Positions 12,862 through 23,169 of a stretch of 64,000 bases of DNA are shown in pieces. Made by a program: the position numbers and the translations under genes. The notes below the pieces were generated by a model that searched no databases, was not told where the DNA came from, and saw nothing but the letters and a program-made list of their open reading frames with translations. The number at the start of each line of letters is the position of its first letter. The first letter of the stretch is position 1. Origin of the DNA: Eledone cirrhosa (taxonomy: Eukaryota); contig OZ024742.1 of assembly GCA_964016885.1 (NCBI GenBank), forward strand, positions 175,708,001-175,772,000. Reading direction: 5' to 3'.

Positions 12862-13047
12862 GTTTATGGCCATATCACGCTGAAAACATCGGTTCTCATC
12901 CGATCACCGAAGTTAAGCAACGTCGAGCCTAGTTAGTACTTAGATGGGTGACCACTTGGGGACCTTAGGTGCCGTAAGAATTTACTGCCCGTCTAACCTA
13001 TGCTAGCGTGGAAGATGGATGTTAAAATAAGATGATGATGATGATGA
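12862..13047 (+). mobile_element. 5S rRNA-derived retrocopy / candidate SINE3: full 5S head (12862-~12980) plus RTE 3' tail
   Basis: GGCCATATCACGCTGAAAACATCGGTTCTCATCCGATCACCGAAGTTAAGC...TTAGTACTTAGATGGGTGACC resembles metazoan 5S; followed by CCGTCTAACCTATGCTAGCGTGGAAGATGGATGTTAAA and (GAT)n. Confidence 0.85.
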
Positions 13048-13157
13048 TATATATATATAATATATATAAATATATATATATATATAAAATCAAGGGTAAG
13101 CAAATAAAGAAAAAATGTTAAAATAAATTTCAAAAAATCCATGTACTTACTATATAG

Positions 13158-13239
13158 GCCTTTACCGCGGTTTCAGATCCCAAAACAAATAGATAATCCG
13201 AGCCGATTTTCATTGAGAAAGAAATCCTCGTCAGAAGGC
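13158..13239 (-). ncRNA. type I hammerhead ribozyme (family H2, long helix II)
   Basis: Minus strand: GCCTT-CTGACGA-GGATTTC..GGGATCT (53 nt)-GAAA-CCGCGG-TA-AAGGC. Confidence 0.78.
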
Positions 13240-13610
13240 TTTTCTCTCTCGGAGAATATAAGATTCCCGAGTTCAAAATACAAACTGGCGCCATACAAAA
13301 CTGCCCCAACAAATGAATGATGAAACAATTTTGTCTAGTACCGTGTGCAAAGACTGAAACAAGGAGGACAGGTCAATTTCTCGCTACTAAAAATAGCAGC
13401 CGTTCAAATGACCACAGGTTTCTCTAACGTTTGGGAGAATAATAATAAAATTGAAATTTATTTTAAAATGTTTTCTTTATTTGCTTTCCCTTGATTTTAT
13501 ATGTTCTGGCTTGTTAATTTATTAACTTGCCATTGAACCACACTTGCATACGGTCGGACTATACTTGTATCCTTTGTGTATTATTTACATGTAGGAACAC
13601 ATATTTTATA

Positions 13611-15968
13611 TTTAGTGGGTTAGGTCATTGGGTTATTTACTCCTGTAAATACTACTGCAACCAAATCAATATGTGCAGGTGACGCAAGGGGACACGCGGA
13701 GTCAAGACAGTGCGTCCGCGGATACGTTGGCAGCTCCAGCTATAATACGAATGTCACTGGTGTACTGGGAGATGAAATCCAAATGCCTGTATGCCCTCGG
13801 AGAGTAACTGTCGAACTTGGATTGAAGAGCGAATGTGAGTGGTTTATGGTCTGTGAATACCGTGAACTCCCGACCTTCTAGAAGATGGTGGAAGTGTCTC
13901 ACAGCAAGATAAACTGCTAAAAGCTCTCTGTCAAGAGTACTCTAACGTTACTCTGCTGGTTTTAGTCGGCGTGAGAAAAACGCCAGTGGTTGAAACTGGT
14001 GGTTGATTGTATGTTGCAAGACTGCTCCGACAGCATGATCGGACGCATCGTTCGAAAAAGGATGAGCCAGAAAGGAAACTTTAGCTATTTAGGACTTGAC
14101 GGATTCAAAAGATTGCAAAGCATCGGCAGAAAGTGAAATGGGAGTATCTTTATTTTTCGCAGCCTTTTAAAACTGTGTCAAGGGAAACAACTTATTCGCA
14201 CAGTTAGGGATGAAATGACGATAGAAGTTGATTAATCCTAAGAAATGATGTAACTGCCTCAATGAGGTGGGGGTTGCGATTCGCTGAATCGCTTCCACCT
14301 TAGATGGCAGAGGTCGAATGCCTTCTGAATCTATCAGATGTCCTAGGAATTCCAGTGAAGCTGTACCAAACACACATTTAGCTGGCTTGATTCTGACCTG
14401 GTACGATTGAAGACGTTGGAACGTATTAGAGGCATTCCGCAAACAAAAAGGCATGGACAGGAATTCAAATGAACCAAAGAGGGTGGTCACGGCTGTCTTT
14501 GGTATATCCTCTGGATTCATGGGTATCTGGTTATATGCACATACTTGATCTATTTTGGAAAATATCGTGCATCCATGAAGAATCCTGTAGGCTGGGTAAA
14601 GGATAACGATCAAGTGTGGTGATAGCGTTAAGTCTAAGGTAATCTCCTACTGGTCTAAAATCCGCCTCACCCTTTCGAGCCAAGTGCAGTGGAGATTCTC
14701 ATGGGCTGGTGGAAGGTCGTATTAGACCGAGCTGTAGCATGTGTTCGAACTCGTCTCGGGCCTTTTTTAGTCTATCCGGAGCCAACCTTCATGGACGAGA
14801 GAAAACAGGTGGACCAGTCGTTGTAAAGAAGTGTTGAGTCAAGTGGACTGCCTGTGTGGGTTTAAATGAAATATCCGTTAACTCGGGAAACGAAGAAGGA
14901 GTGCATAAAACTGGTTTCCAGCGGCAGCCACAAAAAACGACAGACTGACAGCAGCAGCAGTAGATTTACGAGCAGGCGTAGATAAGGGTGTGGTATTATC
15001 CACAAACTTCTGTTTCCTGACATCTACCAAAAGTAGAGGAGAATAACTTCTTTACAAAGGAACTGTCTTCGGGTGCAGTATCGCCGAATTATCGGATACG
15101 CCGCAAAAACTCTGAAGGAGTTCGGTCCCCCAGATTTTCATCTTCCAATAATGAACGAGATCTACTCTCAGACGACCTACTTTTCCTACGCAGTACCTCT
15201 GTCTTCAGAGACTCGTAGGAGGCACCTTGTGGAGAGTCTGTTATGATGTCCTTTACTGTAGTTGCCAGCGAAGCGGGAATTCCACTAATCAGCACGTGTA
15301 GTTTTTTGCTGTGCTGCCTGTACTCCGTTGGCAGCAAAATACGCATCTAGCTGGGCAACCACAATTTAGCATCGCCAGAATATGCCAGTAACGATGTGTT
15401 GCTCATAATTGTGACACTGGATGCTGAGCGAGGAATGCTCATAGACAAAACTTGGTCTGATAAACAGAAGCGAGAGATGATTTTCAGGAGAAATGTTTAT
15501 GTTCAAACGTCGGGTCACCACTTTAGTGGGTTTGGTCATTGGGTTATTTACTTCGGTAAATACCACTGCATGCCAACCACTAATTTAATTTGAAAGAAGA
15601 TATAGAAGACCTTTTATGGAATTTTCCTTGGTTAGAATTATCTCTCTACATTCGAAGTAATAATTGAAGCATGACGAATATCTCAAAACGAGTATCACTA
15701 GCAATTGGTATTTATTGTAGTGCGTGTATTACAATTTGGTAACAAAACATACCTTGTTACATGATAGAAGTGTAATCCTGAAATACAAGATAGGATTAGA
15801 AAAAAATTAACATATTTGTGCTCGGTGTGATCAGTTCGAGAGCATGTTGCCAAAGAGATTGCCCTTTTCTCTTTCTTTTATAATACCTGGAACGGAAGTT
15901 CAAGGAATGTTCTTGACATTCTACGGGAAGTAACTCTAGCTACTTCCGTTTATCTAGAGAACGCTATA
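13611..15968 (-). mobile_element. second Gypsy LTR retrotransposon, decayed and deleted
   Basis: gag (LGDRTPSEFLRRI) 15089-15346; RT (IFSKID..AYNQIPM..KTAVTT) 14167-14613; RNase H (FTVFTDHKPL) 13702-13902; direct repeats at 13611-13660 and 15522-15570; PBS 15507-15520. Right boundary approximate. Confidence 0.88.
15507..15520 (-). other. primer-binding site complementary to tRNA-Trp 3' end
   Basis: Minus strand TGGTGACCCGACGT, 1 nt after the LTR end; eukaryotic tRNA-Trp ends ...ACGTCGGGGTCACCA (one C missing here). Confidence 0.7.
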
Positions 15969-16533
15969 TATATATAAATATATATATAAATTATAGAGGA
16001 TGGATTCTTATAGAATTCAAGTAATAATCAGAAACTGATTATACAGAGCGATTGCCGGTCCAGCAAAAATTAAAAATTAGGATTGGTGCTCTGAAATAGC
16101 GATGTATAATTGAATGTATGTATTTGGCAATATACGGTATGTTCAATTAAAACCATTTTGAAGACATTGCGCTATCATTTTAAAGTAGTGACTATGTCAC
16201 TTACTTCTTTACAATTTTAAATAGAGCTCTGAGTAATGATTATTTGCTTAATTAATTCTTCATTGAACCACACCGTGAAAGGTAGCCAAACTCATATATG
16301 TATCTGTGACTATGTCTAATTACATACATATAATCACTTTGAATTTAATATATACTCCCGTAAGGTTGAGTAAAATTTTAGGCAGTATATGGCTTGCGGT
16401 TTCTAGCAACCAGCCTACTCGCCGACTGGCAACCAATCACACATTTCTGCCTTGACCACTAGCTACGTGATAGTTCTTAGCCATTTTTGAATTCATTTCT
16501 GGCGTTAGAAAATGTTAGTCCAGACTCGAGGCG

Positions 16534-16617
16534 TCTCTTGATGAGTTCCAAGCCTCGTGGATAGATCCAGAATCGGGTATATCCACAGAAAAGGAACAAA
16601 ACTACCGGTAGTCGAGA
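16534..16617 (+). ncRNA. degenerate type I hammerhead (family H3)
   Basis: TCTC-TTGATGA-GTTCC..GTGGATA/TATCCAC..GGAAC-AAAA-CTACCGGTAG-TC-GAGA; two core substitutions. Confidence 0.6.
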
Positions 16618-16914
16618 ATATAGGAATTTTTTTGGGTAAAGTTTATATGCATTTTTTCTTCAAACTTCTATTTTATACCTAACTCCGTGTAGTTGATTGT
16701 TTGTCTAGTCAATTTCTACGGGCTAAAAGGAATGACTAGGTAAATTTGATCTGGCTATCCCTCGCGGAAGATAGTCTGTATCGTTTGTCTATTATTTCTT
16801 CATAGTTATATTTTAAACTTATAGCCTTGTTTCAAGTATTATGTATGTGGTTGATTTATACGGACTTGGGAAAGGCAATACTGTATATATTTTATCTAAT
16901 AATTCTTCAAACAA

Positions 16915-16921
16915 ATATATT

Positions 16922-16983
<62 letters not shown>

Positions 16984-17019
16984 TATATATATAAATATAT
17001 ATATATAAATATATATATA

Positions 17020-17071
<52 letters not shown>

Positions 17072-17086
17072 TATATATATAAATAA

Positions 17087-17165
<79 letters not shown>

Positions 17166-17209
17166 TATATATAAATAAATATATATATAAATATATATAT
17201 ATATATAAA
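16915..17209. repeat. (TA)n microsatellite
   Basis: Directly visible. Confidence 0.95.
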
Positions 17210-17506
17210 TAGGTTGAAATAAAATGAAAACGAAATTTCATTTCTCACTCTTAGTATGGCACTTACTTAAATGTAAGTATGTATGTATACGTACATACTT
17301 ATATGTATACAGACGTACAGTAGCATGCATATATATATATATATATCTATATACATACAGGTACACATACATATATGCACGCATCAGTTTAGCGGACGCT
17401 TATTATAACGCCGCTTTGTTCGTTTGTAAACAAACTGAACAGGTGAATTTATGCCATACGGTGTTAAGGCAACTACGTCACCTTTTTGTTCAACACTGAC
17501 ACAGGA

Positions 17507-17549
17507 ACGATGTACTAGTTTCAAGCTTGTTAGCTATCATCAGCACCGT
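17507..17549 (-). ncRNA. minimal type I hammerhead ribozyme (family H4)
   Basis: Minus strand: ACGGTG-CTGATGA-TAGCTAACAAGCTT-GAAA-CTAG-TA-CATCGT. Confidence 0.85.
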
Positions 17550-17788
17550 ATACCCATCTGCCAGATAGTTGAACGTTTGAAAGTATATACTTTCCTTATG
17601 AAAATGAACGGCTGAGCAGCCTAATTTGCATATTGAGTGAGTTAAATCGGTCAGGCATACCGAAAACGATAGGTTGAAATAAAATGAAAACGAAATAATT
17701 TCATTTCTCACTCTTAGTATGGCACTTACTTAAATGTAAGTATGTATGTATACGTACATACATATATGTATACAGACGCACAGTAGCA

Positions 17789-17854
<66 letters not shown>

Positions 17855-17962
17855 CAGGTACACATACATATATGCACGCATCAGTTTATTGAACAAAGCG
17901 GCGTTATAATAAGCGACCGCTAAACTGATGCGTGCATATATGTATGTGTACCTGTATGTATA

Positions 17963-18056
<94 letters not shown>

Positions 18057-18261
18057 CGTATACATACATACTTACATTTAAGTAAGTGCCATACTAAGAG
18101 TGAGAAATGAAATTATTTCGTTTTCATTTTATTTCAACCTATCGTTTTCGGTATGCCTGACCGATTTAACTCACTCAATATGCAAATTAGGCTGCTCAGC
18201 CGTTAATTTTCATAAGGAAAGTATATACTTTCGAACGTTCAACTATCTGGCAGATGGGTAT

Positions 18262-18304
18262 ACGGTGCTGATGATAGCTAACAAGCTTGAAACTAGTACA
18301 TCGT
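18262..18304 (+). ncRNA. minimal type I hammerhead ribozyme (family H4)
   Basis: ACGGTG/CATCGT helix I; CTGATGA 18268-18274; AGCT/AGCT helix II; GAAA; palindromic CTAG; UA. Confidence 0.85.
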
Positions 18305-18451
18305 TCCTGTGTCAGTGTTGAAGCAAAAGGAGACGTGGTTGCCTTAACACCTTATGGCATAAATTCAGGCTGTTCAGTTTGTTTACAAACGAACAAAGCG
18401 GCGTTATAATAAGCATCCGCTAAACTGATGCGTGCATATATGTATGTGTAC

Positions 18452-18455
<4 letters not shown>

Positions 18456-18506
<51 letters not shown>

Positions 18507-18520
18507 TATATATATATAAA

Positions 18521-18556
<36 letters not shown>

Positions 18557-18564
18557 TATATAAA

Positions 18565-18600
<36 letters not shown>

Positions 18601-18616
18601 TATATATATATAAACG

Positions 18617-18648
<32 letters not shown>

Positions 18649-18973
18649 TATATATATATAAATGAATATATATATATATAAATGTATATATATATATAAA
18701 TATATATATATATAAATATATATATATATAAATATATAAATATATATATAAATATATAAATATATATATGTATATATATAAATATATATATATATAAATA
18801 TATATAAATATATATATAAATATATATAAATATATATATATATATAAATATATATATATATAAATGTATATATATATATATAAATGTATATATATATATA
18901 TATAACTATATATATATATATATATAAATGTATATATATATATATATATAACTATATATATATATATATATAA

Positions 18974-19026
<53 letters not shown>

Positions 19027-19032
19027 AATATG

Positions 19033-19104
<72 letters not shown>

Positions 19105-19105
19105 T
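18456..19105. repeat. (TA)n microsatellite, ~650 bp
   Basis: Directly visible. Confidence 0.95.
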
Positions 19106-19122
19106 AGTAATACTAATAAAAT

Positions 19123-20220
19123 TTGTACCGTGACGATGGTCTTTTGACCATGACTAAGTGCGGACCTCGTGCTTGCGACAGGTTTAGAAAAGAACTCACA
19201 GCCTTCTTTAAAGGCTTCAACCTCTCTATACAGGTCGAGGCCAATCTCTCGGTCGTTAATTACCTGGACGTTACCCTCAATTTATTGAATGGGTTGTATT
19301 ACCCGTATAGAAAACCGAATGATACGCTTAATTACATAAGTAAGTATTCCAACCATCCTGCCAGCATAACCAAGAACCTGGTAAGAAACGTTTCGTTGAG
19401 GCTTTCCCGTCTTTCCACCAACGAGCGCATTTTCAACGACCATTCCACTTATTACAATGAAGCTCTTGCTCGAAGTGGATTTGTCAATAAGGTAGCATAT
19501 ACAGAGTACGAAAATAGACCTAGAAGAAATAGATTCCATCGCATTTGTTGGTTTAACCCATCATATAATATGGAGGTGGCCACACCATTAGCTAAGATCT
19601 TTCTTTCCCTTATTACGAAGCATTTTCCCCCTACACATAAATATAGTAAAATTTTTAATAGAAATACTATTAAAATTTCTTACTCTACGACTCCTAACCT
19701 TGCACATAACATCACAGCTTCAAATTTAGCTAAACTACCTATCCGTAGGAACACGTGCAACCCTGTAGTTAGTACTAACTGTAATTGTAGGAATCGGGCT
19801 GATTGCCCCCTATACGGGAAATGCCTCTCTAGTAACATTGTCTACAAATATAAGGTTGTAACACCCACGTCCCGGAGGACCTACATAGGGTTAACCGCCA
19901 ATAGTTTCAAGCAGCGTCTTTACATGCATACCCATTCTTTTCGTTACCCTCTAAGAAGGAATATGACGTCACTTTCAGCTTATATCTGGAGTCTAAAAGA
20001 CAACCACACCCAATATAAATTACACTGGGAGATCCTAGCTAGGGCTAGATCGTATAACGGAAATAAAAGATCATGTGACCTCTGCGCCGCTGAGGCTCTG
20101 GAAATACTCTACGCTACAGACCACATCTTAAACAAAAAATCTGAGGCAATTTCGGCTTGTAAACATAAATTGCACAAAACTTTCCTGTATTACAGCCCCA
20201 CGTTATACCCTAACGGATAG
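19123..20220 (+). CDS. Penelope-like element ORF, 5'-truncated: RT C-terminal half plus GIY-YIG endonuclease
   Basis: YRDD, YLDVTL, YRKP..Y..SNHP, CNC..CP...C, VYK..TYIGLT..FKQR..H, CDLC..E; 365 codons with no stop. Confidence 0.9.
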   Translation: MYRDDGLLTMTKCGPRACDRFRKELTAFFKGFNLSIQVEANLSVVNYLDVTLNLLNGLYYPYRKPNDTLNYISKYSNHPASITKNLVRNVSLRLSRLSTNERIFNDHSTYYNEALARSGFVNKVAYTEYENRPRRNRFHRICWFNPSYNMEVATPLAKIFLSLITKHFPPTHKYSKIFNRNTIKISYSTTPNLAHNITASNLAKLPIRRNTCNPVVSTNCNCRNRADCPLYGKCLSSNIVYKYKVVTPTSRRTYIGLTANSFKQRLYMHTHSFRYPLRRNMTSLSAYIWSLKDNHTQYKLHWEILARARSYNGNKRSCDLCAAEALEILYATDHILNKKSEAISACKHKLHKTFLYYSPTLYPNG

Positions 20221-21215
20221 CACAATCTATAAGTGGATATTTTACGTCTTGATGTGGGAGCTAAGTATATGTTTTGTTTATTCCTTTACTTATTTGCATA
20301 GGTAAGTATATATTACCCGTATGTTTTGTGAAGGTATGTATACCTTCTCGTACGTCTATTTGACTGTTATAGCGTATAATTTTTACATATCCTGGTATTT
20401 AGGGTTTGGCTATGTGTATACGAGAGTTTTGCGTCCGCGTGAGTGTGCAGGTTCGTACGTATGGTGGGTGTGTGTATATGTGTACTTCTTGTTTTAGTTG
20501 ACTTACGTCTCCGAACATTCGTGTATTTATATGTAGGTATGCGTGTGCGCTTGTTATATACGTATTTATTTACTTATATACGTTTATATAATTATTTATT
20601 TATTTGTACACAATCATACACACACATATTTATATGTGCGTGGTTTTGTATACCCATGGTAAGGTTTTTCGTGTGCTTGTGTATGTACGTATCTGTTTGC
20701 GTGTATGTATTTATTTGTTTCTATTACTTCTGTATTGTATTTATTTACTTTGTTGTTAACTCTGTAGCGGAGATTCATTTTGTCTCCTAGTTAGAATTTT
20801 AGTCTACGATTTCTGCTATACCATTTACGTGGTTTTGTCTTTGCGTGCTATTGTGCTCCACGATCCACATATGACTTATTATCTTCGTTTTTTCGTTCAT
20901 TGCCAGAGAACGTCTCTATGCACCACCTAAGAGAACATTAGTCTACGACCTCTTTTATACCATATAGGTGGTTTTGTCTTTGCGCGTAATTGTTTTTCAC
21001 CGCTCCTATTAATGACGTATTATTCGTTTTTTCCCGTTCTTTGCCAGCGAACGTTACCACGAACCAAAGTATCGTCTTCTTGTCTTCCTCCGGTTGCAAC
21101 GTTTTTTGAAATATCCAGTTCTGCGTTTACAGATTGACTTTGTTAGTTTCAGAAGATCCCGTTAATGGTGAAAGCAGCGATTCTTAGCTTAAACTTTAAT
21201 CTGTTATTTAATAAA
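19123..21215 (+). mobile_element. Penelope-like retroelement with long 3' UTR
   Basis: ORF above plus a 3' region homologous to 34065-34970 (minus strand), ending in an HHR-like motif at 21145-21195. Confidence 0.75.
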
Positions 21216-21249
21216 TATTTGCTCTACGGTTCTTATATATTTGATATAT

Positions 21250-22525
21250 ATTTATCCTTATCGAGCCCTAAATTTTTTTCATACTTAAATGTAAAGAACT
21301 CTATTAATCTAAGAACGAATTTATTAAATTCTCGTACACATCGCCTGAATTCAACATTCAGAACTATATATAAATTATAATTATACTTATAATATTTCTA
21401 CTTATTTCCATAACAATCTTATCCACTTGATTTTAATATATTGATATCTCTATAATATTTGCTATAATTCCACTTCTTAAAGTTTCATAAAATATATACG
21501 TATAGAATTCTAATGTTTTTAAAATTTTAATTGTAATAATTTTTAATTCTTTATTTTTATTTCTTCAATTTTTATTTCTTTAAAAATTACTTATCTCTTA
21601 TAAATTACTTTAAACATTTTTATTATAAAATTTTAATATTTTTTCAATATTTTTTAATAGATTTATAACCACTAACTGATTCTGGCTAAATGTATCTTTC
21701 AACATCTATACTTATTTTGACTGAATACTCTCACACTAACGAATAAATAAATTAAACTGGAGTTTTTCCGTATCTTCCCATTTTAAAACATATACATATA
21801 AATATTCTTATTAACTCAGTTAATTTAATTTAATTTAACTTAATATGTATTTACATTAAATACAAAACCAATATCCCTCATAAATCATTAGAACAATTAT
21901 CTATAACATGATATACCCATCTATTTATTTATTCATTTATTTATCTACTTATAACAGAAAATATTATATTATAAACGAATTTTAAAGAACTAATAATCGT
22001 AAATACACGTACTATTAAGATATATACTTAGAATATATTTCCCCCAAATTAACGTTATATGAGTTTTATTCATCTTCTCTTGTTTATTTCTTCCCTCTCT
22101 CTCGTAATATTTTTTATCCTTCTCCCCTTATCTCTTCTTTCCCTCTCTCTCTCTCCATAGTCATTTAAATAAATGGATGTTTTTCAATTATTTATATATT
22201 CATTTGCATATTCACACATAAGTTTGAATAATCCCTAATATATTTCCACTATACAGTGAATTTCCAACCGGTAAGGTATAATTTTCATGGGTACGTCTCT
22301 ATTTATAAAACAAACTTTGTATTTTATCTGATGTAGTCGTACCAATGTTGTCGTGGTACCCTTGAAATATATATAATAAAATAAATATGGTTTTATAAAT
22401 ATAGTTTCCATTTATTTAATATCATTGAATATTTACTTCAGTAACTTGTTGAGTGTTCTAAATTAGTTATAAGCATTAATATTTGTCTGACTTCCAACAA
22501 ATTAAATACCCCTTCTACTTATATA
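21250..22525 (+). mobile_element. 3' fragment of an AT-rich Penelope element (same family as 22981-26896)
   Basis: KNSINLRTNLLNSRTHRLNSTFR matches the C-terminus KNSLNIRSNLFSCCKHRLNSTFR ending at 25112; ends in an H1 terminal repeat with mutated core CTGATGT (22320-22383). Confidence 0.7.
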
Positions 22526-22736
22526 TATATATAAAAGAAAAAATGAAGTTTCATTTACATATTTATGTTTTTATTGAGTGTCTACCAGTTATGCATGTTT
22601 AAGAGATGATTGGTTCAAGGTCACCCGTGGAAGTTACATATATGTATGTATGTATATATATATATGTGTGTGTATGTAAAATAATTAAGTCAAATAGGTA
22701 AAATTTGGCTTTGTTTATTATAAATTATAGATATAC

Positions 22737-22787
22737 TGCTATATATATTTCGGTGACAGCCATTATTGGCTGTGCCATCTTCAGGCA
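22737..22787 (-). ncRNA. type I hammerhead ribozyme (family H5)
   Basis: Minus strand: TGC-CTGAAGA-TGGCACAGCCAATAATGGCTGTCACC-GAAA-TATATA-TA-GCA; helix I only 3 bp. Confidence 0.65.
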
Positions 22788-23169
22788 CCCGAATTGGTGT
22801 GGTAGTGACGGGTACACATGTTGTTTAAGTGTGTCTTACTCCATCAATACTCCGATATGTCCAGCTCCTGGTTGCGTTGTTATTTCTCTGAGGAACTACC
22901 AACCTGTGTACTTCGTCGAGTGCTCCAATATACATACTGTAGTGTCGGTAAACAACTCAACATATATATGTATGTATATATATAAAACTGATCTATATTA
23001 TATTTTATCTGATGAAAGCACACCATAATTTAACTTGGTTTACTTGAAATATGTATAATTGAAATAAATATGGTTTTATAAATATAGTTTCCATTTGTTA
23101 ATATATCGTATTTTTACTCCAGTAATTTGTTGAGTACTTTATATCAGTTATAAAAATTTGATTGGATTA

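Larger units (their letters stand above)
17210..18455. mobile_element. ORF-less hammerhead-bearing tandem/inverted repeat (candidate non-LTR retrozyme)
   Basis: 460-bp period (AGGTTGAAAT at 17211 and 17671) on the left arm; inversion at ~17888; 500-bp period (GAACAAAGCGG at 17891 and 18391) on the right arm; one HHR per arm. Confidence 0.75.

Noticed and set aside
12862-12980. Functional 5S rRNA gene
   Set aside because: Single copy, substitutions in stems, no oligo-T terminator, fused to a LINE tail
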